The notes: generated by a model from the sequence alone, not told the origin. A DNA stretch of 60,938 nucleotides from Armatimonadia bacterium (GCA_039683575.1 JBDKRC010000234.1:1-60938), one strand, 5' to 3'; positions 30,045 to 40,191 are shown, counted from the first letter of the stretch. Numbers and translations: made by a program.

Positions 30045-32219
30045 CTACCTCGCGCCACCGGTCTTGGGGTGCGACGCGAAGAAGTCCCAGAGCGCCTGAC
30101 TGGCCGACAGTCCTGTCTGCGGCGTCGGCCAGTTGTGGTTGCAGTTCCCCACTACCACCAACTCGACCTCAGTCCCATTCCTGCCACCTGAGTACAGCGT
30201 CCGCGTCACGCCATTCCCGGCGTCGGGCGTGTCCTGGCCCGGCGTCGCGCACCCATTAGCCTCGACGAAGAACTGAACGCAGTCCAGCACCGACTTGTAC
30301 AGGTTCTTCGGGGCCTGACCGCCCTCATACTTCACCACGCCATCCTGCCTGCCGCAGACGTGGATCAGCGAGACCGGAGCGACCGGCGCAGGAATTGCGG
30401 ACAGGCAAGGCGTGCCATCCACTGACTTGATCCCCAGCGAGCCGTTGACGATCCCCACCGCCGCTACCAGATCGGACAGCTCCACGGCCACCCGGTAACT
30501 CATGTAGGCGCCCGCAGAGTGCCCGCAGACGAATACCCGGGCCGGATCGGTGTTGTAGGTCGTGTGCAGGGACTCGATCAGGGCTCGCATGAAGGCGATG
30601 TCGTCAACCTCATCGGCGAGGATCCCTTCGCCGCCAGCGACCTTGCCAAAGAGCGCGTTCCACGTGCGGTCACCGGCGATGCCATCCGGATAGGCGGCAA
30701 TGAAGCCGCAGCGGTCAGCCATCGGATTGAAGCCTGTCGTGCCCGCCATACCTTTGCCATTCCCGCGGGCGCCGTGCAGGGAGATGACCAGCGGCCAGGT
30801 CTTGGCGGGGTCGTAGCCTTTGGGGAGATGCAGCCAGCATGTGCGGGTCTGGCCGCCGACTTGCAGCGTGATCTGCTGATCCCCCGGGACCACCTGAGGC
30901 GCGGCGGCGGTCCCGGCCTCAGGCAGGTCGGCCGCCGCCCGCAGCCACTTCTTCACTGCCGGGTAGCTCGCCGGAGGGAAGCCATGCTGGCCGATGTCCT
31001 CATAGATCAGCGTCGTCTGCGCCCCGGCCGCTTTCGCTGCTTCACTGATCTCAGTGGCTCGCGGCAGCGACTTGGCGTTGCTCGACAACATCAGGAATGG
31101 CTTGCCCTTGAGGAGATCGTACCCCGCCAGGCCCCCGCCGCCCTCGACAAACATGAACGCGGAGAACATCCGCGCCACTTCGCCATCGGAGCCGTCCAGC
31201 AGCGCCGCCGTCGCGTGGGCGCCGTTGGAGAAGCCGCCGAGAATGCGGTGGTTCGGGTCTATGTTTGGCACCAACTGCTCGAGCCGGGCCAGCATCGTGC
31301 GGTAGAACGGCCAGGCATACTGGCCGTCCGGCGTGCGAACAATCATGAGAGGCTTGCCTGACCCGGCGGGATCAAGGTTGACCTTGAACAGCGGCAACGC
31401 CACACAGATGAAGTCCTGTTCGTCGGAAAGCATGCGAGCCAAGCCCGGATTGCTGGCGTTGCCACCGTCCGAGCCATTGAGCAGGATCAGCAAGGGGTGT
31501 TTGCGCTGAGGGTCGTAGTTGCGCGGCAGGAAGACGGTCATCTGCGCGGGATCAGTCCTCTTGTTCCACAGGGCGAAGAGAGTCGGCGGCATTTCTGGGA
31601 AGGCAATCGTGAACCAGCCGCCCGGAGTAAGACGCGGCGCCGTTGCCGCTGCCGCTGCCGCCGGGGTCGCCGCGCCATCGACAAGCCCGGCGGCCGCCAA
31701 CATCGTCAGGAGGTCAGCCCCCTGTGTCTGCGGGGTGGTGTTCCTGTTGATGCCCAGCAGGTTGCCGTCAGGGCCAATGAGGAATGTCCAGCGCTCGGAA
31801 CTGCCGTCGGCTCTCAGGCAGCCATAGGCCCGTGCGACAGCCCAGTTGGCGTCGGACAACACCGGGAAGCTGTACTTGCCGCTTTGCCCGAAGGCGGTGG
31901 TGACGTCCAGCGCCGCCGTGCTGCAGCCGAATACCTGTACCTTGTCCACCGGCAGGCGTGCCATGACGCTCTCCAGGGCAGCACACTGCGCCATAGCGCC
32001 CTTGCTGCCGGCTCGCGGAAACCAGCAGATGGCCACAGCCTTCTTGCCCGCAAACTGCGACAGCTCGTATTCCCTGCCGTCCGAGCCCTGGAGCTTGAAG
32101 TCAGGAGCTTTGTCACCGATCTTGAGGTTGCCCTGCGGGGCCTGTTGAGCCCTCAGAGACGCGACCGGGACAAGACACACAACACACAGCAGCGCGATAC
32201 ACCTGGCGGCAGAACCCAT
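30045..32219 (-). CDS. Secreted redoxin (BCP/AhpC-TSA-like) fused to two alpha/beta esterase domains (C-terminal one PHB-depolymerase/LpqC-like)
   Basis: Signal peptide; GDKAPDF.L...ERWTFLI; GFSNG; LHG..G..YPDG..W..DD.AF..GHSAG..H.WP..LWDFF. Confidence 0.8.
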   Translation of the reverse strand: MGSAARCIALLCVVCLVPVASLRAQQAPQGNLKIGDKAPDFKLQGSDGREYELSQFAGKKAVAICWFPRAGSKGAMAQCAALESVMARLPVDKVQVFGCSTAALDVTTAFGQSGKYSFPVLSDANWAVARAYGCLRADGSSERWTFLIGPDGNLLGINRNTTPQTQGADLLTMLAAAGLVDGAATPAAAAAATAPRLTPGGWFTIAFPEMPPTLFALWNKRTDPAQMTVFLPRNYDPQRKHPLLILLNGSDGGNASNPGLARMLSDEQDFICVALPLFKVNLDPAGSGKPLMIVRTPDGQYAWPFYRTMLARLEQLVPNIDPNHRILGGFSNGAHATAALLDGSDGEVARMFSAFMFVEGGGGLAGYDLLKGKPFLMLSSNAKSLPRATEISEAAKAAGAQTTLIYEDIGQHGFPPASYPAVKKWLRAAADLPEAGTAAAPQVVPGDQQITLQVGGQTRTCWLHLPKGYDPAKTWPLVISLHGARGNGKGMAGTTGFNPMADRCGFIAAYPDGIAGDRTWNALFGKVAGGEGILADEVDDIAFMRALIESLHTTYNTDPARVFVCGHSAGAYMSYRVAVELSDLVAAVGIVNGSLGIKSVDGTPCLSAIPAPVAPVSLIHVCGRQDGVVKYEGGQAPKNLYKSVLDCVQFFVEANGCATPGQDTPDAGNGVTRTLYSGGRNGTEVELVVVGNCNHNWPTPQTGLSASQALWDFFASHPKTGGAR

Positions 32220-32283
32220 GCGTCGAACCCTCCTTCGCTAACATGCTACTTAGCCTACCCCATAAGCGACCGCGCTACACCCT

Positions 32284-33288
32284 TTACCACAGCTTTTTGC
32301 GAATGTGACACGCCCCGCCGCGCCCCCTACTCTTGTAGTAGTCCTGGTGATAGTCCTCCGCCGGCCAGAATTTCGGCGCCGGCGTGACCTTCGTCGCAAT
32401 ATCCATCCCCCGTCCCTCTAGCTCCGCGATCAGCTTCTCCGCCACCTGCTTCTGCTCGTCGGTCGTATAGAAGATCTCCGACCGGTACTGGTCGCCTATG
32501 TCCGGTCCTTGACCGTCATGCTGCGTAGGGTCATGGCACTCGAAGAACACCTTCGCCAGCGCCTCGAAATCGGTCCGCGCCGGGTCGAACAGCACCTCCA
32601 CAGCCTCTGCGTGCCCGGTCGTATGGCTGCAGACTGTCTTGTAGTCGGGATTCTCAGTGGTCCCGCCGATGTAGCCGACCGTGGTTTCAATCACGCCCGG
32701 CTGCTCCTGCAGGATCGCCTCGACGCCCCAGAAACACCCGGCGGCGAAGATTGCGCGCCCGTACTTGACTTCCTTCTCCGGGATGAACTCGAGCGAGATC
32801 GAGTTCACGCAATGCCGCACGTTCTTCTCGGTCTGCTGCTCGCCGGTGAAGACATGCCCCAGGTGCCCGCCACAGTTGGCACAGACGATCTCCGTACGCC
32901 GTCCGTCAGGATCGGGATGGCGCTCGACCGCACCGGCGATCTCGTCATCAAAGGCCGGCCAGCCGCAGTGGGCCTTGAACTTGTCCTCCGACCGGTACAA
33001 CATCGCCCCACATTGTCGGCAAGCGTAGACGCCGTTTTCGAAAAGGTCGTCGTACTTGCCCGTAAAGGGCCGCTCCGTCCCCTTTTCGAGAATCACATGC
33101 GCCTCTTCAGGGGTGAGCGCCCGGTACTCGGTCTTGTACACCTGCTTGGCCATTACCGCCTCCTTGTCCTGTGCCGCGGGCGTCTGGGGCTGGGCCGCCA
33201 CAGGCTGCGGGCGCAGCAGCCACACAATGGTCAGGCATGCCGCCAGCAGCCCCGCCGACAGAATGACGTATTTGAGCATGGTTTGCAT
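32284..33288 (-). CDS. msrAB: Bifunctional methionine sulfoxide reductase MsrB-MsrA with N-terminal membrane/signal segment
   Basis: GTERPF, CGWPAF, HLGHVF, RHCVNS (MsrB); GCFWG, AEDYHQDY (MsrA). Confidence 0.95.
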   Translation of the reverse strand: MQTMLKYVILSAGLLAACLTIVWLLRPQPVAAQPQTPAAQDKEAVMAKQVYKTEYRALTPEEAHVILEKGTERPFTGKYDDLFENGVYACRQCGAMLYRSEDKFKAHCGWPAFDDEIAGAVERHPDPDGRRTEIVCANCGGHLGHVFTGEQQTEKNVRHCVNSISLEFIPEKEVKYGRAIFAAGCFWGVEAILQEQPGVIETTVGYIGGTTENPDYKTVCSHTTGHAEAVEVLFDPARTDFEALAKVFFECHDPTQHDGQGPDIGDQYRSEIFYTTDEQKQVAEKLIAELEGRGMDIATKVTPAPKFWPAEDYHQDYYKSRGRGGACHIRKKLW

Positions 33289-33432
33289 CTGGGTATTGGC
33301 AACCTTCGTTGTTGACGATTCGCAACCCCGCGCGGTTATGAAACGGGGTTACTCTTCATCAATAAGCCTATCATGCCCCTGAAGGTTCCTGACTGACACG
33401 GTTCCGCCGTGAATCCGTAGATTGAGGGCAGC

Positions 33433-33457
33433 AGGAGATGCCTGGCCCTGTGCCGAA
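33433..33457 (+). promoter_or_regulatory. Sigma-H-like promoter
   Basis: GCAGGA with AGG-N19-GAA spacing upstream of the DUF1559 gene. Confidence 0.55.
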
Positions 33458-33529
33458 ATACGTAATGACACCGCACGAATCTGGTAAGCCGCGCCGGCAG
33501 GCGCGGATCTACGAAAGGTGGCGTCGGTC

Positions 33530-34210
33530 ATGCGAAAAGGTTTTACGCTCATTGAGTTGCTGGTGGTCATTGCCATCATCGCGATCCTGGCCGCGATCCT
33601 GTTCCCCGTCTTCGCTAAGGCGCGGGAAAAGGCCCGCCAAACCTCCTGTCTATCCAACCTCAAACAGATTGGCGTGGGCCTGCAGATGTACTCGTCCGAC
33701 TATGATGAGCAACTGGTCCGGTATTCGGGCAGTGATTATCTGTGGGTTGAGAAGATCATGCCTTACGTCAAGAACCAGCAAATGTTCAAGTGCCCCTCCA
33801 GCAACTCCGGCTGGGGTGTCTCCAACACCGCCCGCTGTTCCACTGTCCATCCGCCGGAATCCGGCTGGAGCGCCCGTGGTGGCTACGTTACCTATGGCAT
33901 GTGCACCATTACCGAGAGTGCCACCTACCGTGACTTCAATGACGATGGTGATGTAACAGACAACCTCGGATACGGCATGGGCTGGGCCGAGGCTCAGGTC
34001 CAGCTTCCCGCGGAGAAGATTGCTGTGGCCGAGTCCTCCTGTCCGCGCTTCCGCGGCCGTGACCACTACGATCTCTATCGCGCCGGCAATGCATCGTTCG
34101 CTGTTCACAACGGCGGCATGAACTGCGCTTTCGTGGACGGCCACGCTAAGTGGACCAAGGATGCCAAGAAGGGCAACTTCGACATCGCCTCCGCCACGAT
34201 ATACAACTAG
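33530..34210 (+). CDS. Prepilin-type N-methylation / DUF1559 / H-X9-DG protein
   Basis: [15 protein letters not shown]...[32 protein letters not shown]. Confidence 0.92.
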   Translation: MRKGFTLIELLVVIAIIAILAAILFPVFAKAREKARQTSCLSNLKQIGVGLQMYSSDYDEQLVRYSGSDYLWVEKIMPYVKNQQMFKCPSSNSGWGVSNTARCSTVHPPESGWSARGGYVTYGMCTITESATYRDFNDDGDVTDNLGYGMGWAEAQVQLPAEKIAVAESSCPRFRGRDHYDLYRAGNASFAVHNGGMNCAFVDGHAKWTKDAKKGNFDIASATIYN

Positions 34211-34238
34211 GCGCACCGATAGCCCCACTGAATAACAA

Positions 34239-34269
34239 ACGGGCGGCACCTTCTCCGGGTGCCGCCCGT
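34239..34269. terminator. Hairpin between convergent genes
   Basis: ACGGGCGGCACC / GGTGCCGCCCGT 12-bp stem. Confidence 0.7.
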
Positions 34270-34274
34270 GTCTT

Positions 34275-35408
34275 TCAGTACTGCCCGTAAGTGCGGGCCG
34301 TCTCAATCATCGCCCTCAGATTACCATCCGGCGTATCCCGCCCGCACTGGTCCCCTGTAGACAGGATGAAGCCCCCGCCATCACCCGCGTCATCTATTGC
34401 CTGACGTGACGCCGCTGCCACCGTCTCCGGCGTTCCCTTCAGCATCACCTCGGTGGTATGCAGATTACCCATCAGCCCGATCCTGCCACCGAACTCCCGC
34501 TTGATCTGTCGCAGGTTGCAGTCCCCCATCGGTGGTATCTCAAGCGGATTGATGCTCGACAGGTCGCTCTCCTCCGCCGAGACCTTCACGAGGTCATACT
34601 CAGGCCCGCAGCAGTGGATCTGGCTCGGCACCCCCGCTTCTTTGCATATCGCCGTCACCGCCTGCAGCGTCGGCAGACTCAACTGGCGGAAGATCGGCAG
34701 CGGGTTGCTGATCATGAACCCCGAGATGCCGATCAGGACGAAATCCGGCTTCAGTTCGACGAGGCCCTGTATCCGCCGCACGATCTGCTCGTGCTGCCGC
34801 TCGCACCGCTCGATGACGGCGGATCGGTTGTCGTACCACTCATAGATCGCCTGAGGTTGTAGCCCCAACCCAGGCAATCCGACTCCCGGCCCGACGACGC
34901 CATCCTCCCCCATCATGGCCTTGGCCGCCTCAAAGGCCTCCAGCCCGCCATATTGCGTCCGCGGCGTCACATCCTCCCAGTCCCTCGGCGGCCCCTCCGG
35001 CAGACCCGCTTTGTGCAGCGGCACTGCCCCGGTTGGCGGATCGGCGACGTAATAGACGGTACAGGTGTCCGTCCACTCCTCCTGCCCGTCAACCCGAGCA
35101 TGGCGCCGCGTGTAGAGGCGCTCCGGCGTCCGTGCCACAATGGCTTCCTGCCACTGCGGTCCCTGCGCCGCTTCCGCAAGCTCATAGTCAAGCTGCAGCG
35201 GCACCGAAGGCAGCCAGCCATCGAACCCGAAGTGCTTGCAGCAGTGAATGTAAGCCTGCCACAGTGGAGGGTCCTGGTACAGGTAGATGTCCCAGAAGGG
35301 CTTGCCGGTCAGCCGGCAGGGGATCATGTTCGAGGTGTCGGGCGCGACCGGAACCATGTCCGGCTGGCCATTTTGCATCGCGACGATCATGCGCTGGCGT
35401 GAGGTCAT
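34275..35408 (-). CDS. Uroporphyrinogen decarboxylase / MtaA-CmuA family protein
   Basis: MTSRQR..PDMVPV, HCCG, NPLE.PP.GD, GGGFILSTGDQC. Confidence 0.88.
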   Translation of the reverse strand: MTSRQRMIVAMQNGQPDMVPVAPDTSNMIPCRLTGKPFWDIYLYQDPPLWQAYIHCCKHFGFDGWLPSVPLQLDYELAEAAQGPQWQEAIVARTPERLYTRRHARVDGQEEWTDTCTVYYVADPPTGAVPLHKAGLPEGPPRDWEDVTPRTQYGGLEAFEAAKAMMGEDGVVGPGVGLPGLGLQPQAIYEWYDNRSAVIERCERQHEQIVRRIQGLVELKPDFVLIGISGFMISNPLPIFRQLSLPTLQAVTAICKEAGVPSQIHCCGPEYDLVKVSAEESDLSSINPLEIPPMGDCNLRQIKREFGGRIGLMGNLHTTEVMLKGTPETVAAASRQAIDDAGDGGGFILSTGDQCGRDTPDGNLRAMIETARTYGQY

Positions 35409-35422
35409 CTCTATCCCAATCC

Positions 35423-35484
35423 TAACAAACGCTTCCGTTTGTTGTTTTGAGCTAATAAACGATTTTTGGTGAAAACGTTTATTA
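35423..35484. promoter_or_regulatory. Three putative LacI-family operator sites
   Basis: TAAYAAACGNTT at 35423 (+), 35453 (+) and 35484-35473 (-) in an AT-rich spacer. Confidence 0.55.
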
Positions 35485-35493
35485 GACGGCGTC

Positions 35494-37647
35494 CTACACC
35501 TCCCCAAACTCCGTCCGCGCAATCACTTCCTCCTGCATCTGCTCGCTCAGCCCCACGAAGTAGTCGCAGTACCCGGCGATTCGCACCACCAGGTCCTTGT
35601 ATTCCGAGGGGTTCTCACGCGCCGCCAGCAGGTCCTCGCGCCGCACCACGTTGATCTGCGCCTCCTGTCCCCCCAGCCGCAAGTACGTCTTCAGGAGCCC
35701 CGCCAGCTTCTCCTGGCTCTCCGCCGAGTCCACCGCCGAGGGGCTGAACTTCAGGTTCAGCACCAGCCCGCCCAGCATCGGCGTATGGTCCCAACTGGTG
35801 GTGGACTTCACCGCCCCAGTTGGCCCGCGCCGCTCCCGGCCCTGCGCCGGGCCGGCTCCATCGGCAAACGGGAACCCCGCCTTGCGCCCGTCGGGGCTGG
35901 CGCCGGTCTCTGCTCCAAGCCGCTGGTGCATGATCCAGCAGAAGAACCCGGCGTAGTACCCGTCGTCAAGCAGCACCCGGTACCGCGCGCACTCCTCGGC
36001 CACGAAATCCGTGAACTCCCGCGCCAGCGCATCCACTTCCGGCTCGTCGTTGCCGTACTTGGGCTCGCGCAGGCAGCGCTGGCGGAAGTCCTCGCACTCG
36101 CAGAAGTCCGCCTTGAGCCGCTCCCGCAACTTCCGCAGCGTGACCTCGCGCCTCTCCAGCACCAGCTCGCGGATCACCGTGAGCGAGTCCACGAGGTTCG
36201 CCAGCCCCACGAAGCTGCACTCGATCCAGTTGTGCCGCGCCCCGCCCCAGTCCAGGTCAAGGCCCCGCTTGAGGCAGTCGTTGATGAAGCAAGACTGCAT
36301 TGGGAAGCCGCCGAAGCGCCGCCGGGCATGTCTCGCGGTGTTCTGCTCCTGCACCGCCCGCTCGATCTGCCCGGCGAGGCGGCCTTTGTATACAGTATAC
36401 AATTCGTCCAGTGACCACGCGGGCGCCGCTTCATCGTTGTATGGAAGCTCCGGCACCTCGCCCGCGAGGATCTCATCCACAAGCTCCAACAGCAGCCCGG
36501 TGGTGTTGAAATAGGGACTCGCCACCCAGACGTTGCTCCCCCCGACGGGCGTGATCTCCACGCAGGTCGAGTTGGTATACAGACACGCTTCAGACGCGTC
36601 ACAGCCAGCCCGCCTGAGGCCCTCGCCGATCACCCGGTCGTTGAAGACCGCCGGGTTGGCCTTGCCCAGCGCCATGACCTGGCACCCGAACCGTAGCAGT
36701 TCCTCCGGCGTGCCCTCGTGCCAGCAGATCCCGACGCTCGGATACGCCAACCCCACATCCTCAATGGCCTGCAGGCATAGATAGCTGACCTCATTGGTCA
36801 CATCATTGCCCTCGGCATCGGTCCCGCCGACCATGACCCCGATGGCGAGGCTCGGTGGCACGTACTCGTTCATCAGGATGTAGTAGCAGTCAATCAGCTC
36901 CTGCGCCCGCTGCGGCGTCAGCCTTCCGGCTGCAATGCCTGCGCGGTAGAAGTCCCTGAGCCAACGGTCCATCCGGCAGGGGTTGAACAGCGGCGGCCCC
37001 TCGCCATACACCATCGCAATGGTCAGGAAGTGGACCGACTGCAGCGCCTCATGGAACGTGCGCGCCGGATACGCGGGGACCCGGTCGCACACCGCCGCAA
37101 TCTCCAGCAACTCACCCCGCCGCGCCGCGTTACCTTCAGCTTCAGCCTGTTCCCGCGCCATCTGCGCATAGCGTCGCCCCAGCGCCATCAACCCTTCCAG
37201 GCACTCCAGGCAGGCCTGGTAGAAGGCATCTTTCTCCAGGTTCTCCGGGACGTTGAGGTCCAGCTTCCGCCGGTACTGCTCCACCTCCGCCTTCACCCCC
37301 AGAGCCCCCAGCCGCACCATTTTGGCGTTGTCCACCGCCATGTGGCACGTCTGCCCGGACACGCGCGGCTGGGGCGCCATGAACTCATCCGCCAGCCGTA
37401 GCCGTTCGGCCTCCGCCTGCCCCGGCGGCGCCAGTGAAGCCCTCCCCACCAGTAGCTCGTCAGCGCCGAGTTCGAAGGGGATATTCTCCAGCACATGTCG
37501 GCAGGCCACGCCCTTGCGACGTATCCACCACAGGTCCCCCGCCGTCTCACGCCAACTCTCCCCCCAGAGCATCCGCCGCGTCCAGGGAGCGGTCACCTGG
37601 CGTTCCAGCGCAATCTGCCGCAGCCGCTTTATCCGGTCAGAGGCCAT
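35494..37647 (-). CDS. Glycyl radical enzyme (PFL superfamily, uncharacterised clade)
   Basis: VPAYPARTFHEALQ, STCVE cysteine loop, KYGND, A.PDGR, L.VRIAGY glycyl motif. Confidence 0.9.
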   Translation of the reverse strand: MASDRIKRLRQIALERQVTAPWTRRMLWGESWRETAGDLWWIRRKGVACRHVLENIPFELGADELLVGRASLAPPGQAEAERLRLADEFMAPQPRVSGQTCHMAVDNAKMVRLGALGVKAEVEQYRRKLDLNVPENLEKDAFYQACLECLEGLMALGRRYAQMAREQAEAEGNAARRGELLEIAAVCDRVPAYPARTFHEALQSVHFLTIAMVYGEGPPLFNPCRMDRWLRDFYRAGIAAGRLTPQRAQELIDCYYILMNEYVPPSLAIGVMVGGTDAEGNDVTNEVSYLCLQAIEDVGLAYPSVGICWHEGTPEELLRFGCQVMALGKANPAVFNDRVIGEGLRRAGCDASEACLYTNSTCVEITPVGGSNVWVASPYFNTTGLLLELVDEILAGEVPELPYNDEAAPAWSLDELYTVYKGRLAGQIERAVQEQNTARHARRRFGGFPMQSCFINDCLKRGLDLDWGGARHNWIECSFVGLANLVDSLTVIRELVLERREVTLRKLRERLKADFCECEDFRQRCLREPKYGNDEPEVDALAREFTDFVAEECARYRVLLDDGYYAGFFCWIMHQRLGAETGASPDGRKAGFPFADGAGPAQGRERRGPTGAVKSTTSWDHTPMLGGLVLNLKFSPSAVDSAESQEKLAGLLKTYLRLGGQEAQINVVRREDLLAARENPSEYKDLVVRIAGYCDYFVGLSEQMQEEVIARTEFGEV

Positions 37648-37715
37648 GATAGAAACTCCACTGAGTAGTACCAATAGAAGACGTTTCGCCCTCGGAGATA
37701 GCACCCCCTTCCGGG

Positions 37716-37751
37716 AAAAAGCAAAGACCGGCCCGCAAGGCCGGTCTTTGC
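37716..37751 (-). terminator. Intrinsic terminator after the caspase gene
   Basis: GCAAAGACCGGCC / GGCCGGTCTTTGC 13-bp stem followed by TTTTT on the minus strand. Confidence 0.85.
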
Positions 37752-37786
37752 ACAATGGTCAGTGGCGCGGTTGCGCCCGTTCGGTG

Positions 37787-40114
37787 CTACTTCCTGAGCG
37801 GCGCAATGCAACTCGCGCTGTTGCCGTCCTCATCGGTGGCCTGCAGGCGAACGAGGTACTGCCCCGCCGGGACCTTCGAGCCATGCGAGTTCTTGCCATT
37901 CCAAAGCAGAGTGCTCAGCCCTGCCTCGAGGTCCTGATTCGGCAGCACGGCTATTGTGCGACCCGCGAGGTTGGTAATGACTGCCGACACGTTCGCGGCC
38001 GAGGTCAGGTTCACGGTGATCTGCGTCAGGTCACCCTTGGTCGGCACGGCGGCAGCCTGCACGCCCAGTGCCGCCGCCGTAGTGGCGACGGTCGTGAACT
38101 TGAAGCTCTCGCTGTACCAGAAGGCCGGGCCGGTGAGCGGTTGCAGACCCGCGCGTGCCCACACCGTGTATTGGGTGTTCGCCGCCAGCGTGGGGCTCGG
38201 GTTAAAGATCATGACCTTGTTGGCCGTCGGCCAGGTGAAAGTCCCGCTGATTGTGGTGTTAGACGGGTTTCTCAGGGCGAAATGGCTCTGCGCGCTTGCC
38301 TGGTTCACAGGATACCGGAAGGTGATGATGATGTTCACGGTCCGGCTGACGCCGGTGGCGTTCAGAGCTGGGCTTGTAGTCTTCATTATGGTCTGCAGCT
38401 TGGCGAAGTTCAGCGACCCCGAGTACCCGTCATACTTGATCACCGTCTGCTCGGGGTTGTAGGCACTTACCAGTGGCGCGGCATAGGCATACAACTCCTC
38501 CGCGCTGAACCATTTGTCCTTGTTACCGTCAGCCGCCCCGCTGTTGAGGCCCTGGATCACGTAGTAAGCAAATACCCCGTTCTGCAGGCCGGGGCTCTCC
38601 TGCGAGTACTCATCGGCGTCCGAGGCCGTGATGACCACGCCTGCGGCATTGTCGTCGAGGTCGCGGGTGCCGATTTCGCCCTTCGTGCCGCCCTGGACAA
38701 CGTCAGGGCCGAAGTCAAAGGTCCGAGCGCTCTTGACCATCCCGCCGGAGAAGCACGTATCGATCAGTACCACGTACTTCTTGGTCTTGCAGTTGGTGAA
38801 CCACACTCCAAGCTCATCATCGCGGATCTCGGTAGCCGTGCTGGTGGTGCTGTCATAGGTGCAGAGGTACTCGTCATAGCCGTCTGTCTCGTCCAAGGGG
38901 GCCATGTCGGTGCTCTGGTCGCCGTGGCTTGACTGGAAGAACAGTACCACGTCATCGGCATCTGCCAGCGCCAGCTTGGCGTCAAGCGCAGCCTTGATGC
39001 CCGCCTTCGTCGCCTGGCTGTCCTTCAAGATGGTGATATTGCCTGATTCCCAGCCACAGGCAATCAGCGAGTCGCGCATGTCCTCGGCATCGGCCACGCA
39101 GTAGCTCAAGTCGTTGATGTACTGATACTGGTTTATGCCAACCAGTACAGCATAGTAGCGCACCACGCCATCCCCCGTGGCCGTGGAAGCGGTGAAATTG
39201 GCATTAACATAAGTGCCACCCAGAGTGACGGTCCGTGAGGCCGGTGTGAAGACCAGCCCCGGCTTCTTAGGCGTAAGGGTGTACGTGCCGGCGGGAGGCG
39301 TCAGGCGTGCCTTGCCGTCCGAGCCGGTGTAGGCATAGAGGTCGCTACCGGAAAGCGTCAGGCACGCGCCTGAAACAAGCGAGCCGGAAGTGGTCCTGAC
39401 TAGTGACCTGATCTGGGGCAGCGCCCCGGAACTCAGGTCGAAGTCGTCCACATAGGCGCCCTCATAGTGAACGCTGTCGTCGCTGTGGAACCAGAAGCTG
39501 AAGTACACCGAACTGGCGCCGAGATAGGTGTTCGTGAAGGCCGGGTTGTTGAGCGGGACTTCCGCCGTGATCCAGCCACCGGAGTTGCCGCTCCACTCCA
39601 GGCCCTCGTAGTTCACATCGTTGAGTGACCAGCCGGCCCTCATCCAGTCGTAGCCTTCTTCAGTCTTCACCCAGATCCTGAAGGTGGCGCGTCCCTCCGT
39701 CACCCCTGTCAAGTCGAAGGGGCCGTACGTGACCCAGTTGGAGTTGATGTTGTCCGGATACCGGTGCAGGCTGGCCTGGTTGGCCGGCCCAGTCTGTCCG
39801 CAGAAGAGGCTCTTGCTGCCGCTGTATTTCCTGTACGTGGTGGGGCCCCAGTTCGGGTCGTGCGCCGCATCGTTGTTGGCCAGGTACCAACTGCCAGGAA
39901 AAGCCCCCTCGAAACCGTCAGAGAAGATCGACAGCTTGGTGCCGGTTTGCTTCGTGTAGAGGGTCTTGGCCGTTGACGGCTTCACCCACTGGACCGGGGC
40001 CGTCCTCAGGGTCGAGCACATGCCCTTGGGGGTGGCGCCGAAAGCCGCGCCTGCAGCCGAGAAGCAAAATAGCCCTAACGTTGCTACGAGAAGATACCTG
40101 GCTCGAATACTCAT
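37787..40114 (-). CDS. Secreted caspase-family (C14) peptidase with beta-sandwich, Ig-like and FlgD-Ig-like domains
   Basis: Signal peptide; YAVLVGINQY..L.YCV.DA, SSHG, DTCFSG dyad; C-terminal WNGKN..G..V..G.Y. Confidence 0.85.
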   Translation of the reverse strand: MSIRARYLLVATLGLFCFSAAGAAFGATPKGMCSTLRTAPVQWVKPSTAKTLYTKQTGTKLSIFSDGFEGAFPGSWYLANNDAAHDPNWGPTTYRKYSGSKSLFCGQTGPANQASLHRYPDNINSNWVTYGPFDLTGVTEGRATFRIWVKTEEGYDWMRAGWSLNDVNYEGLEWSGNSGGWITAEVPLNNPAFTNTYLGASSVYFSFWFHSDDSVHYEGAYVDDFDLSSGALPQIRSLVRTTSGSLVSGACLTLSGSDLYAYTGSDGKARLTPPAGTYTLTPKKPGLVFTPASRTVTLGGTYVNANFTASTATGDGVVRYYAVLVGINQYQYINDLSYCVADAEDMRDSLIACGWESGNITILKDSQATKAGIKAALDAKLALADADDVVLFFQSSHGDQSTDMAPLDETDGYDEYLCTYDSTTSTATEIRDDELGVWFTNCKTKKYVVLIDTCFSGGMVKSARTFDFGPDVVQGGTKGEIGTRDLDDNAAGVVITASDADEYSQESPGLQNGVFAYYVIQGLNSGAADGNKDKWFSAEELYAYAAPLVSAYNPEQTVIKYDGYSGSLNFAKLQTIMKTTSPALNATGVSRTVNIIITFRYPVNQASAQSHFALRNPSNTTISGTFTWPTANKVMIFNPSPTLAANTQYTVWARAGLQPLTGPAFWYSESFKFTTVATTAAALGVQAAAVPTKGDLTQITVNLTSAANVSAVITNLAGRTIAVLPNQDLEAGLSTLLWNGKNSHGSKVPAGQYLVRLQATDEDGNSASCIAPLRK

Positions 40115-40191
40115 GGTGCGCCTCCCGGGGAATTCCTCTGCCTGTGTCACAATACGATGTTCCATCAGCAGCGCCCCACCCATCGCTGCCC

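Noticed and set aside
31981-32030. Selenocysteine at the redoxin active site
   Set aside because: The codon at the expected position is GCT (Ala); there is no in-frame TGA.
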